A program made the position numbers and the translations under genes. Below are positions 39,331-54,157 of a DNA stretch of 64,000 nucleotides, in pieces. This DNA is from Eledone cirrhosa (taxonomy: Eukaryota), in the NCBI GenBank assembly GCA_964016885.1, contig OZ024741.1, forward strand, positions 129,394,001-129,458,000. The letters are read 5' to 3'. Every line of letters begins with the position of its first letter. Positions within the stretch are counted from its first letter, which is position 1. The notes beneath the pieces were generated by a model. It worked only from the letters and a program-made list of their open reading frames with translations. It did no database searches and was not told the DNA's origin.

Positions 39331-40207
39331 GGTTGTTCTATCGACGGGGTATTAAACAACCCATTTGTGGAGCCTCCCCTCTATTGGGGATTTCGATTGT
39401 TATAATTGTTTGTTTCAATATTTTTACACGACTGTATGTAAAATGTGCAGTGTAGTGGGTATCCTAAGTTGAAAGCTAGGATACTTAGGATACCCACTAC
39501 ACTGCACGAACCACCACAGAAATATAATCATTAAGTACATTCTAGCCTTCTTAGTTCTATACCACACTAATGTCTGTAAGTACCTCATCAACCCATTAGC
39601 ATATCTTTTCTCAGCTGCTGTCAGCACTTGAACTTAAATCCAAGAACATTTCAAAATACTACTACAACAGAACTTTACCTTCCTCCTGTTATAATTATAG
39701 TCAGCATGTTTTCTCTTTATATGTGTATGTATATATATATATGTTTGTGTGCTTGTGTGTATATATATATATTGCCTCCTTAACCTCTATATATTGCTAC
39801 TTTGTTAATGTTGTCTTATACATGTATTTTATTGATGATGAGGAAGCTAGACAACCTTTTCATCTAATATAGACCACACAAATCAGTGATAAATTCTTCA
39901 TCTGTCAGATAATAAACGATTCTTACGGCCACCAGACCTATATTGTTTAAAAACACCGGCTTATCTTTACACTAGATATAATACACCCCATGACAGCTTT
40001 CACATGTCAATTTTATACATCTGCCTCATGTCAGCTAGTTTTACACGCTAAAATCGTAGATGTACTATACTTCCCACCTAGATTGATGTTGTGATTATTT
40101 CAAATAATTTATTGCTAGCATTGTTAGTATTGTTGTTATTGTTCTGATTGAATGCCATTACTACTATATATAGTAGCCATGCCTGTATATTCCTTTCATT
40201 CTCACAA

Positions 40208-40314
40208 GCTCCGATGAATTGACTGGTTATAGCATTGTATTGGTGATCGAATAACGTGAAAATAAGCGGGTAGCGATCTCTAGACCTACCAGTTCAGAGA
40301 AACAATTGCCAGCA
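40208..40314 (+). ncRNA. Degenerate hammerhead with long stem II insertion
   Basis: GCT-CCGATGA-attgACTGGT...ACCAGTtcaga-GAAA-CAATTG-CC-AGC; the triplet is GCC instead of GUC. Confidence 0.5.
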
Positions 40315-40539
40315 ATGAGATTAAAAACCTTTTTTGTATAGCAAACCGTGTCACTCTTCTTTCCTGATTTATCATTACTCCAAGTGTTTACAACATAGGA
40401 ATTACAGCGTACTCGCAGCATCACTATGGAAACGCCTTGTTGAGTCAAACTTAGCCAAGCGTTGATATCATCCACTACCCGGAGTACCATAACTGGACTA
40501 CACTTAAGTGGACTACCTATAATAATAATTTGTTACCCC

Positions 40540-40628
<89 letters not shown>

Positions 40629-41139
40629 GACTTGGATATAGATAAATAAATAGTTAGTTAGATCAAGAAAGAGAAAGAGGTCAGGAGGAAGAGATAAAAA
40701 GAGAAAGAAGACAAACTACATGAGGTGAGGTTAGTCATTGGTAGAGGGAGCTGGTGGTGGTTTAGTAATATCGTTTTCACGCAGTATTGTTTGTAGCTCA
40801 ACCGGAAACACAGTTCATTGGGTAACATCCATGTCGTTGCTAATGACATTAAAAGGGAAAACATTTCATGCTTGTTGCTGTTCATGGTTTAGTGGTATCT
40901 TACAGTCATGCGTACATACACCCAGGACAGGCGCTACCATTATAACAACTTGGCAGCCACCTATAGCTCAGATTTCAGAGAGGCGCATTATTGAACTTTA
41001 AAGTATTAGAGCTTGGTAAAAGCTAGCTGAGCCCGTGGAAATTTCACGGTTTATTTAGAAACCACTCCAAATATTAGAATTTAATGTCATTCTAGATATA
41101 TTATTTATAGGTTGTTTATATACAACAACACACAAATAA

Positions 41140-41354
41140 TGGTTTCGGATTTAGGCACAAGGCCAATAATTTTGTGGGGAGGGAAAGACGATTAAATATT
41201 ACTAGTGCGTTACAGGTGCTTTATTTTATCGACCCCGAAAGGATGAAAGGTAAAGCTTATCACAGCGGCATTTGAAATCAGAACATAAAGGGCCGTAACA
41301 ATATGTCGCAAAGCATGTTGTCTGACGCTCTACCGATACTGCCAATCGACCGCC
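41140..41354 (-). mobile_element. tRNA-derived SINE
   Basis: Consensus in reverse. Confidence 0.85.
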
Positions 41355-41636
41355 CGTACGTACAAATAATACATTTATCGTATATATACACCATAAAATA
41401 AGTCAGATAAATCTAACAAATGACACCCATTCAAAAGCATCTATCCCCCCCCCCCCCCTTCCCATCCTTGAGTCTTTCCCTATTTATACTGTCTCTGTTA
41501 TTGGAAAAGTTGGTCTTGTCTGATGATCTTGTGTGTATGCAGGTGAAACTACAGAGTAACAAGGCTCACCGCTTAGCCATAATAAATAAATATATAAACT
41601 CTACTTCGGTATTGAGTACTTTTTCTCACATTTATT

Positions 41637-41734
<98 letters not shown>

Positions 41735-41849
41735 TATAAAATAACAGGAGGCTGGACTGGTGTAATTCCTTAAAAGGTTTATTATACATCGAGGTTGACC
41801 ATACGGAATGACCAGTTCTATCCAGTGGTGAACCAACAAACCTAAATAA

Positions 41850-41900
<51 letters not shown>

Positions 41901-41903
<3 letters not shown>

Positions 41904-42412
41904 GGTGATTGAAAAGTAACTCCCTATTGAAAACCGAAAGGTACCTCATCATGCTGCAAGATGAAATCTGGCCAGTTATAAGTACTTGGGAGAATATTGA
42001 AGATTTGATTTTGCTATTATTGTTCGTGAATGGCTGAATGCCCACTTCGGAGATGGATGGGTTATCGTGAGTGACCAGCCAGAAGCCCTGACTTAACACT
42101 CAGCGACTTTTTTCTTTGGGGTTGGTTAAAGGACCAAATCTACTCTACCCAACCAACGGCTTTGGAAGAACTTGAATGGCGAATACGAGAAGTTATGTCT
42201 TCTATCCCACAAGAGTTCCTGGTGAAATCAGTTGACGTGGTTCCCGGGTGGCTTGAGAGGCTGGTGGCAATTGCTAGTGTTCACATTCAATTTTAAATAG
42301 AACTCCATGCTATACGCTTTCTTCTCATATTCATTTCTTGTAAAACTTACAGTTAAAAAATAAATTAAAAGAATTTTAAAGTAGGGAGTTACTTTTCAAT
42401 CACCCCACCCTG
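41901..42412 (+). mobile_element. Internally deleted Tc1/mariner transposon (DD41D/rosa-like)
   Basis: TIRs CAGGGTGATTGAAAAGTAACTCCCTA / TAGGGAGTTACTTTTCAATCACCCCACCCTG with TA flanks; encodes PARSPDLTLSDFFLWGWLKDQIYST. Confidence 0.85.
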
Positions 42413-42523
42413 TATACCAGAGAAGATAATTGTTATAAAAGGTGGTTGTTTCCTCCGACATTTAAACGAAATATTTGAGGTACGCACACACACATATATA
42501 CACATACATTCATATGGATATAT

Positions 42524-42580
<57 letters not shown>

Positions 42581-42624
42581 GACATGGCTTAAAAGAGGCT
42601 GCTTGCATAATTGCAAACTAATCG

Positions 42625-42668
<44 letters not shown>

Positions 42669-42700
42669 ACATATATATTATATATATATATATACATACA

Positions 42701-42738
<38 letters not shown>

Positions 42739-42969
42739 ACATATATATTATATATATATACATACATATATATTATATATATATACATACATATATATTA
42801 TATATATATATATACATATATATTATAACCAAAGATTAATATGGTCATTGATTACTCAGTGAATATAGTTTTACAATAGATTAAAAGCACTCTACAAGGA
42901 AGTTTTCTGGAGTTATTAATATTATTCAAAATATTAATAAATGAAGACATTCACATAATCAAAATATAT

Positions 42970-43033
42970 GTTTTATTATATATATTTCGAAGGTACTGTG
43001 CTGTTTTTTCAGTACGTCCTCGTCAGATAAAAT
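42970..43033 (-). ncRNA. Type I hammerhead ribozyme in a solo pLTR (42825-43095) of the 8853 family
   Basis: ATTTTAT-CTGACGA-GGACGTACTG...CAGTACCTTC-GAAA-TATATA-TA-ATAAAAC. Confidence 0.82.
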
Positions 43034-43222
43034 ACATGAATTGATGTATGACATACCTCAACTGTCTGTCTGGATGGTTCAATTCCAGTATTGGCTGTCA
43101 TATATATTATATATATATATATTACATATATATTATATATATATATTTTACATATATATTATATATATATATATTACATATATATTATATATATATATAT
43201 TACATATATATTATATATATAT

Positions 43223-43301
<79 letters not shown>

Positions 43302-43367
43302 TGTATGTGTGTGTGTACATATATATATTTATATATTCATATATTTATAAATGAATTATATATATAT

Positions 43368-43427
<60 letters not shown>

Positions 43428-43746
43428 ACAAACACACACACACGCGCCCACCCCTATATATATATACTGTATGTGTGTGTGTGTGTATGTACGAGTATAT
43501 ATATATATATATAGAGAGAGAGAGTTATAAAGTGGAAGAGAGGTTGAGGAGGAGTACAGAAGTGATGTCCTGTCTATATGTCAGTAAAACATACAACCTG
43601 TTCCTACTTGCTGTATCTTCTAATAATGGATAGAAACACAAATTATGATTAGCCAGCACCTATTGTCACATTCTTTTATTGTTTTATTCTCTCAACCCTT
43701 CTTTTCACCACCCACCATCGTTATTTTGGTTTGGTTTTGGTTTTTG

Positions 43747-43804
<58 letters not shown>

Positions 43805-43813
43805 CTCTCTCTC

Positions 43814-43849
<36 letters not shown>

Positions 43850-44648
43850 ATCTATTTGGCCATTATTCTGGGTATTAGTTTTTACTACTATCACCACCAC
43901 CAACAACAATACGTCGACACCGAGAGAAGAAGAAGAAGAAGAAGAAGAAGAAGAAGAAGAAGAAGAAGAAGAAGAAGAAGAAGAAGAAGAAGAAGAAGAA
44001 GAAGAGATATGGAGGAAGAATCGACCTAAATATGGAACTGATCCTACCATAACCATTCCATTTATTCAGCAAAGAACCAAAGAACGAAACGTATCAGAAC
44101 TACAATAAGAATGGGTATTTTTTCAGAAGTATGCTAGCGAAAAATAGTCACACTATCAGCACCTACATCTCTTGATTTAAGTACACATCTAAGAAATAAA
44201 CGTATATAATGGTTAAACAACGTATTGATTCTTTACACGATTCGATTAGAGTCACCAATTTTACTGATCATGTTGTTTGCAAGTATCTCTCATTCCTGAC
44301 ATTACGACAATCTTTAATCAAATACCCTGATAGCTCAGTCTAAACAACTTATATAGTCTTTTGTGTGTGTGTTTGAAAGAATACATTTCAATGTTTTACC
44401 TTACAGGCGTTCCTCTGTGATCATGGGACGTGTTTGTTTTACACGACACTTCTTTGTTACTTTTAAGCTCCAAGGGTCATTAAAACCTCTTACTCTGATT
44501 TGGTTTGTTTCTATGTTGAAGTCCTTTCTCCATTTATATAATGATTTATGTTTCGAGTTGTTTGTATATTTTTGGAGAACAATAATATTGTTCAAACTGA
44601 AACAACCCTTACCATCCTATTGGAAACAGTAAAGTAGAACGTTTAAAT

Positions 44649-44982
44649 CAGGTGTTCCCAACCTTTTTTTTTTGTGTCATCGCCCGCTTTCACTCGAAAA
44701 AATCTTCCACCGCCTACCTGTATAGTAAATATTCAAAAGCAAACCTAACATGTTTGGTAAAATTTTCTTGTTAGTTCGTTATTCCCATTCATCCTCCTTT
44801 TTTAGACATGTTCTTTGCATATCTCATTTGAATATCATTTTTCGGGTAGTGTATGTTGAAATACCCTCTTAATACTCAAAATCCTATATCGTCCACCTAA
44901 ATTTCCAATCACACACCATTTTAATGTTCAGTTACTCATCGCTCACGCAGCAGTTGAGACTGACCAACGTTGGGAAACTCTG
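44649..44982. mobile_element. hAT (Charlie-like) MITE
   Basis: TIRs CAGGTGTTCCCAAC / GTTGGGAAACTCTG; perfect 8-bp TSD GTTTAAAT at 44641 and 44983. Confidence 0.88.
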
Positions 44983-45459
44983 GTTTAAATGGAACCATAT
45001 AGAGAAAAATAACAATAAGCTAGAAAAACGATGGAGTGACGTTGTCGAAGAATCGTCCCATGTGATTAGCTTCCCCTTTTGCACTGTTAATAACTAGGTG
45101 CCTCAGCATCGCTTCTCAACTAGACAACCTTTACCAGAATGGCAGTTTGAACGTGGGGATGTTTTACTTGGATTAAACCTAACAATAAATATGAGCCAAA
45201 GTTCGATCATGTTACACTCGTATCAACTCCCGGGCTGGTCGAATTGACATCGCATTAGTTGAAAATGTAGTCCCATCTGGAAGACTGAGCTCCACAAGAA
45301 ACTGATCACATAAACACATATGTACCTAAATACCGTCATTCAATAATAATAATAGACACACAGCATTAACTAATTCACACCTCCTTTTTTCTTAGATGTT
45401 AAGTCTAATATTGCTAAAAAATACTTCCCAGACATAATAAATCATTATTTTGCAATCAA

Positions 45460-45545
45460 CTTTGCTTTCATCCTTACGGGGTCGATACAATAAAGTACCA
45501 GTAATGTACTGGGTAATTGCTGGCCTTGTACCAAAAGTAGAAACA
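45460..45545 (+). mobile_element. 5'-truncated SINE with 16-bp TSD
   Basis: ATTATTTTGCAATCAA at 45444-45459 and 45546-45561. Confidence 0.85.
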
Positions 45546-46039
45546 ATTATTTTGCAATCAAGCACTGATAAAGAAAACTAATCAATAGAAATAAACTTAA
45601 ACTAAATTACAGCTATACTATCAAAATAAAAAAAAACAACAAAACCAACCAACATAATAACATGTAAATCAACTGAATTAACTGAAGCCAACTGTACATA
45701 CAGAAATACAGATTTACAAACACTTTACTCCTTAACCAGTCATGCAATGTTGAAGCAAATTACGTATATTAAAGCAAATGTGGCCGCTCCAAACCAAATC
45801 ATAATATCGGGCGTGATTACAATGTAGATATGGTTGAAGATAGACTTAAAGATGGTTACATATTCTTACTTTAGAATATAGAAAAGAGAAATACAACAAA
45901 ACTATGACTGTAAGGGGTTTGGTTTACAAAATTCATGTTGAAGTGAATCATATATTGTCAAAAGGTGTATCTATGTTACGGATAAATGTATGCAGAAGTA
46001 CTTTGATCCTCATTCAACGAACTAGCATTATTTACCGAG

Positions 46040-46223
46040 TGGTGGATTGGCAGTATCGGTAGAGGGTCGGACGCCATGCTTTGACGCTTAGAGTTACGGC
46101 CTTTGCCATTCTGACTTCAAATCCCGCCGAGGTTAACTTTGCCTTTCATCCTTACGGGGTCGATAAAATAAAGTACCAGTAATGCACTGGTTAATTGCTG
46201 TCCTTGTGCCAAAAGTAGAAACA
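46040..46223 (+). mobile_element. Full-length young SINE with 13-bp TSD
   Basis: ATTATTTACCGAG at 46027-46039 and 46224-46236. Confidence 0.92.
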
Positions 46224-48917
46224 ATTATTTACCGAGCAATGCCAGGTAGCAAATCAAGTTTGAGACTAAATGTAGCGAACTGACAAATTGTAGAACAAAA
46301 TCCTTCCGATGCTTGTTCCGGTTTTCTGTATTTTTAGTTCAAATCTCATCGAAGTTAACTTTGCCTTTCAATCTTTTAGGGGTCAATGAAATAAAGTATT
46401 GATTCGGGGTGATGAATTGAGGCAATATATATTCTGGCTATTTTCCTTTCCTCCCGCCAATCCCGGAGGTCCTGAACAAAAATTAAGTGTCATAGGCTTC
46501 CCTTAACTCTAATAAAGTATTAAATAAAAAGAATTGGCTGCAATTTCTAGCAGAGCGCGTTACTATATAGGCTCCATTTAATGTAATTCAGCTTGGCAGC
46601 GGAACCCATTTTTCTCCATGCTATAAATCATTGTTTAACAATACAATACGAGTAATGTCTTGATTAATTAAAGTCATCGTGCTGACTACATTTAGCCTGT
46701 GAGCACTTACTTCAGTATATTACACACTGGTGGATCAGATAAGGAAGGGGATTCTAAGTAGCCATTCAATTTGCTAAAAATAACACCCACATTTCCATCA
46801 AATCACACTTATTTGTAGTAAATCGAAAAATCACAATGTATAATGTATCAGGAGAGGAAGGAAAAGACGGGTTGGTCAAAGCTGAAATGCATTTGTTCAT
46901 AAATCTGCTCACTCAGGGTAAACCATGGGTTAAACAATAAAAACAGCAACAACAGCGCCGCAACAGCAGCAGCAATGTCATCTAGTGAAGTCAAACTCAG
47001 TACTTCAAGCTAACAGACTCACTAGCATTACAATACTACCTGCGTAGTTTACAGCGGCAACAAATTGCATTACCTTTGTGATATCTATTTAACTCTTTCG
47101 TTACCATATTTCTAATGAAACATACATCGTCTATTATTTTCAAATAATTTTGAAAATAATCAAGAATCGAAAGTGATTTAATAAAATTACTAACTTTCAT
47201 CATTAAGCTGGTCTTTGGAACATAACTTACTAAAGTTTCTTACATGCAATTACGATGGAAGGTTTTTAGATAAATAAAAATATTTCAAAATAAATAGTTT
47301 TGTATCAGAAACCAGAGTTGGTTTCTGGCAGTTTGGTATTGAAAAGGTTAAAGGTAGGTGACCTATAATGTTGAGATTTGTGGAGATATCTCAATCCTGA
47401 GTTAAATATTACTTTTGTGTATAAAAGTGGAGGCACGTGGTTTAGTGGTTAGAGAATTGGATTTGCAATCGTGAGGTTGCGAGTTCAATTCCCTGACCGG
47501 GCATTGTGTTATGTCCTTAAGCAAGACACTTTATTTGATGTTGCTCCTTCTGCCAGGAGTTGCGACCGGTAGATAATATTAGATAATATTAGCAATGGCA
47601 TGACCAATAGACACTTTTTTTCCTTGGTCCGATTTGTATGCGAATGAGGTTTGGGATCTTGATCGATACACATTTACGTAACTTACCCAAGTCACAAATC
47701 AATAACAACAACAACAATAAAAAACAAATGAAATATATCTGCAGTACAATTAAGCTACAGCGGGATTTGAAATCAGAACGCTAAGAGCCGGAAATTAGAA
47801 ATCAATATTGATTTCTAATTTAGGCACAAGACCAACAAATTTTGGGGAAAGACGATGTTGATTAAATCAATCCCAGTACTTGAGTGGTACATTATTTTAT
47901 CGACTCGGGAAGAATGAAAGGCAAAGTTGACTTTTGCGGGATTTGAACTCAGGATATAAAGAGCTAGAAGAAATACCGCAATGGTATTTTATCTGATGCA
48001 TTACCAATTCCGCCAATCCACCATCCTGGACTGGTACTGTATCTTATGAACCTCTGATTGATCAATGAAAAGCGAAGTTGATCTCAGTTGGATTTGAATT
48101 CTAAACAGGAACAAATGGAAAGTAATGGTGTTGAACCTTCATCGATTCCCACAACGACAGTTCCAGTTGTTTGAACAACGAAACAGACTGATTGTGAAAT
48201 TAACGTGCAAATGACTGAGTATTCCACAGGTATGTGCATCCTCAGCGTAATTTTAATCCTATCTTTTTTGTTTTTGTTGAAAAAAAGAGGGGCAAAATCT
48301 CTTTGAACATTCTTTGAGGCTGAATGTGGTTGACAGAATAAAGAAACCTTAACCAAACGATCAGGTTGATAACAATATGGAGTATAGTCGTGTTTAGCAG
48401 CCAGCTAACTTTCATTGTAACTGTATATCATAACACTTCTCAAGATTACTGAGACTACACTAGAGAATAAATATACCATAAACAGCCGATAGAAAGAACA
48501 ACTTTCCGTCTGTCTTTCTCTTTCTCTTATTTAATCCGACTTACAAACGAATGGCCACGGAAGAGCCGAACTCCCACCGTCATCGCCCCCATCTCTCTCG
48601 CCATCCCAATTTCTCTGTATAGTGAGAAAACGGGGTGCCACGTGCTGGCCGCCCCATAGTCCCGGCAGACAGAATGGAGAAGGCGTTTCCCCGGAGGATG
48701 GTAAGGGAGATGCGCTGGAAGAGCCATTGGAATTTAACACGACATTGGATAGCCCTTTGAATTAAGTGGTAACTAAACTGAGTGAAGTGGAACAACGTGA
48801 AGTAAAGTGTCTCGATCAAACGAACGAATACCGTTCTAACGACAACACTCCAAAATTTAAATTGAAAGAGAACTTACGAATGATGTATTGAAGGAAGTTG
48901 ATTGAGTACTTAGAAAT

Positions 48918-49345
48918 AATGGTTTCTGATTTAGGGGGAGGGGGAAAGTCAATTAAATCGACCCCTGTGCATTACTGGTACGTTATTTTATTGATCGACC
49001 CCTAAGGATGAAAAGCAATGTTAACTTCAGCGGAATTTGAACTCAAAACGTGAAGGGACATAACAATACACCGCAAAGCGTTGTCCAACGTTCTACCCAT
49101 ACTGCCAATTCACTGCCTTAGATATAATGATTTCTAATATAGGCACAAGGCCAGTAATTTGGGGGGAGGGGAAAGTCGATTAAATCGACCCCAGTACGTT
49201 ACTGGTGCTTTATTTTATCGACCCCGTAAGGATGAAAGGCAAAGTAAACCTCGGCGGGATTTGAACTCAGACCATAAAGGACCGTAACTCTGTGCTGCAA
49301 AGCATGGAGACCGAAACTCTCGCGATACTGCCAATCCACCGCCCT
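48918..49345 (-). mobile_element. Two tandem SINEs; others at ~47810-48025 (-) and 59440-59610 (+)
   Basis: Consensus in reverse. Confidence 0.85.
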
Positions 49346-49424
49346 CACCGCCTTAGATATAATGAGATTGAAACGTGTACTAAAACAATGAAGAACGCAT
49401 GACATGAAAACACCGAAAAAAGCC

Positions 49425-49492
<68 letters not shown>

Positions 49493-50310
49493 CCCGGTGA
49501 TATTGACAGACGTGATGAGAATGAATCTTGTCTGATCATCCTGTTAGCACACCGGTAAAACTCCAGAGGAACAAGACTCATCACTTAGCTATCATAACAA
49601 AAATACTATATATCATTATAATAAATCACAAGTGTTATGTGACACACATCTACCCATCAACGTTAGTGTCATCTCGATTAGTACCATCAACACAGAAATC
49701 TATTGAAACGTTTCATTTGATTCACTTCACAATACAAAGATCATTACCATTCTACTGTTTCTTAATTAATTCTTATTTCAACTCTACACCACACAAGTAA
49801 TTCTATTTTTCAGTAAATATTTTATCCCCCCCCCCCCCCCAACATATACTAATTATATATAACCATCTGCCTACCAAAGTTAATTTCCATTGATATCATT
49901 TACCCGATTCACCATCACCACCACCACTATCCCCATCATCACCACCCGAAACTTAACTTTTGCAAATCTTACTATTAATACCTATCATCAACTTTATTAT
50001 TGTCATCATTATACTGTACCGATTGTCTAGTTATTTCTGTTTACCTTTTACACACACACACAGACACACACACACACACATATATATATATAGAGAGAGA
50101 ATAAGGAAATACAAAGTTTAGATGATAAAGTCCTTTATTGATAAGCCCGTGATACATATTTCGATGTTGACAGTGACTACGCAATTCGGCGTAGAGCCCA
50201 CTCCCTTTATCATCTAAACTTTGAATTTCCTTATTCTAAAAATACCCCGTCACACCTATGTGGAAAATGTACGTTGAGTTCTCGAATTGAATTACATCAA
50301 TATTCTTACA

Positions 50311-50354
<44 letters not shown>

Positions 50355-50626
50355 TTTTCTCGCTTACATCTCACATGGCTCGGACGCGTCTGTGTCTCTC
50401 GTCCATGATTTGATCGAACTTAAGTTCACAGATATCACGGACATGTTTCCCCTCTTCCTCTCTTTCCGTTGCATTACCATCTCTGTTTGTTTACATGTCT
50501 CGCTCGCTTCACCCTATTCTACGTGTCCCAATAACTTTTTTTCGTTATTGCTCATACCAGCCAGAGGTATATGATCTTTAATGCGAAGAAATGCCAATGA
50601 CGGCTGGAAGATCACTGATGAAGGAA

Positions 50627-50667
50627 CGATGAACTAGTTTCTAGCTTCTTAGCTGTCATCAGCACCG
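50627..50667 (-). ncRNA. Very small type I hammerhead ribozyme (41 nt)
   Basis: CGGTG-CTGATGA-cAGCTaagaAGCTa-GAAA-CTAG-TT-CATCG; palindromic stem III ACTAGT. Confidence 0.82.
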
Positions 50668-51144
50668 TATACCTTCCTGTCAATTGATTGAACGTTTGAA
50701 AGTATATACTTTCCTTATGCATATTAACGGCTGAGTAATATGCAATAGTTCATCGTTCCTTTGTCAGTGTTGAACAAAAGGGCAACGATGGTTGCCGAAC
50801 ACTGTACGGCTTAATTCGGGCTGTTTGTTTACAAACAAACTGAACATTATAATAAATGTTCGGTAAACCCATACGTACATATATATATGTGTACATGTAT
50901 GTATGTATATACATACTACTGTATGTCTGTATACATATATGTATGTACGTATACATACTTATATTTAAGTATCAGCCGTACTAAGCGTGAGAAATTTCAA
51001 TTTCAATTTCATTTTTTCCATTTAACGTTTTCGGTACGCCTGGCCGACTAACTCACTCGATATGCAAATTAGGCTACTCATCCGTTAATATGCATAAGGA
51101 AAGTATATACTTTCAAACGTTCAATCGATTTACAGGCAGGTATA

Positions 51145-51185
51145 CGGTTCTGATGACAGCTAAGAAGCTAGAAACTAGTTCATCG
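51145..51185 (+). ncRNA. Hammerhead ribozyme at the monomer junction
   Basis: CGGTT-CTGATGA-CAGCTAAGAAGCTA-GAAA-CTAG-TT-CATCG. Confidence 0.78.
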
Positions 51186-51545
51186 TTCCTTTGTCAGTGT
51201 TGAACAAAAGGGCAACGAGGGTTGCCGAAAACTGTACGGCTTAATTCGGGCTGTTTGTTTACAAACAAACCGAACATTATAATAAATGTTCGGTAAACCC
51301 ATACGTACATATATATATATATGTGTGTACATGTATGTATATACATACTACTGTACGTCTGTATACATTTATTTATCTATACAGACGTACTTATATATAT
51401 ATATATATATATATATATAATGTAGGAGGTGAGTTTTATTGTAGTACAATAAAGCAATGCAGATATCGGATAAGAAGCACTCTACAGTTTGTAGGACTGG
51501 AGTATACATAATATAAGATCAAAAGATGGTTAAAGGAGTTCCATG

Positions 51546-51616
51546 TATTTTATTATGCGCATTTCAAAAACAAACATCATCATGCAATAATATTTGTGTT
51601 TTCATCAGATAAAACA
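51546..51616 (-). ncRNA. Type I hammerhead ribozyme
   Basis: TGTTTTAT-CTGATGA-AAACACAAATATTATT...TGATGATGTTTGTTTTT-GAAA-TGCGCA-TA-ATAAAATA; palindromic stem III ATGCGCAT. Confidence 0.83.
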
Positions 51617-51707
51617 GGAGAACATGATATGAAGGCTAAAAAACACGTATGTTGATTTAAAACTGCACTATCCACAAGTGTTTTTTAGCCTTCATATCAT
51701 GTTCTCC

Positions 51708-51778
51708 TGTCTTATCTGATGAAAACACAAATATTATTGCATGATGATGTTTGTTTTTGAAATGCGCATAATAAAATA
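51708..51778 (+). ncRNA. Type I hammerhead ribozyme (opposite arm)
   Basis: Same fold with one stem I mismatch. Confidence 0.8.
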
Positions 51779-51927
51779 CATGGAACTCCTTTAACCATCT
51801 TTTGATCTTATATTATATATATATATATATATATATAAGTTAACAAGATATCGTTTAATGAAACAATTGTTAATACTTTAAATAAACCCTACTGTACAGC
51901 CGACCACGTTACTCTTCACTCTTTTAA

Positions 51928-52035
<108 letters not shown>

Positions 52036-52050
52036 GTCAGGATTATCCAT

Positions 52051-52098
<48 letters not shown>

Positions 52099-52140
52099 AT
52101 GGATAATCCTGACTTCTATTTCTAATTTTTCAATTTTCAT

Positions 52141-52186
<46 letters not shown>

Positions 52187-52772
52187 ATCACCTATATAAC
52201 TCACCCACACACACACCCCAAAAAAAATTTTTTCTCCACACGCCACCCACACCCACAACACGCTTAAACCCCACACACACGTGCTTCCCACCACATATTT
52301 ACACCCTCAGCCTCCTGATTCCTCTCCCCCCACCCCCCTATCCACACACGCACAGACACTCCGACCCACAAAAACACCCCCCACACACACCTCTTCCTGA
52401 ACATGCAACCCCGTTCTTCCCCCAACCCTCACTTTCACATACACACACACACACGCACACCTACACACACACACCACCTTCAGCCCTCCCCGCTCGAACA
52501 CCCCGTCTCCCTCTCCCCACTCCACCCGCCACCACCCCTACTCACCCCACACCCTTCCACCACCTGTTTACCCCCCTTTTAATTTCAGTTTATTTTGATC
52601 AGGCCTTTATTTTTAAATTTTCTCATTCCTTGTATTTTGATCATGCTTTATTTTTATTTTTTATATTTTTTGTCTTTATTTGTTAATTTTTCATTCGCAC
52701 CGTTTCCCTTCGCTATATGTCTCTCCACCACTCCCCTACACACCTTTTGAACTCTGTTCCCACACACTTCTC

Positions 52773-52804
52773 ACCTGAGGAAGGGCTTATGCCCGAAACG
52801 TCGT
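52773..52804 (+). ncRNA. Minimal hammerhead core in a PLE-type 3' end (3' end also at 57760-57840)
   Basis: AC-CTGAGGA-aGGGCttatGCCC-GAAA-CG-TC-GT; stem I only 2 bp. Confidence 0.55.
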
Positions 52805-52918
52805 CCCCCACCTACCCCCCACTCTCCTGAGCGTGAATTTAATAAACATTTATTGTACTGCCTCTCTGTTCTGTCCCTGTTCAAATTTTTCATTATATAT
52901 ATATATATATATATTTTC

Positions 52919-52994
<76 letters not shown>

Positions 52995-53124
52995 GTAAGA
53001 TAGTAATTTGGACGTAAACAAGAGAAGAAACCCTTCATCAGGTGTTTTTCTTCTCTTGTTAACGTCTATATTACTATCTTACACTTTGTTTACGTTTCTT
53101 GTAATTTTATATATCTATATATAA

Positions 53125-54106
<982 letters not shown>

Positions 54107-54157
54107 ATATTTCGCTCTACATGGCTGAATACAATAAATGTAATCTGAGTTTTTTGA

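Larger units (their letters stand above)
50613..51390 (+). mobile_element. Retrozyme-like element: inverted 5' segment, 430-nt non-coding monomer, partial second monomer, then (TA)n
   Basis: 50746-50960 repeats at 51176-51390 (period 430); 50613-50738 is the reverse complement of 51075-51200. Confidence 0.85.
51420..51816. mobile_element. PLE pLTR foldback element in (TA)n
   Basis: 51508-51647 is the reverse complement of 51678-51816. Confidence 0.85.

Noticed and set aside
44401-44625. Possible upstream exon of the minus-strand gene
   Set aside because: Splice-like signals exist but there is no recognisable homology or phase evidence; cannot be supported without RNA data.
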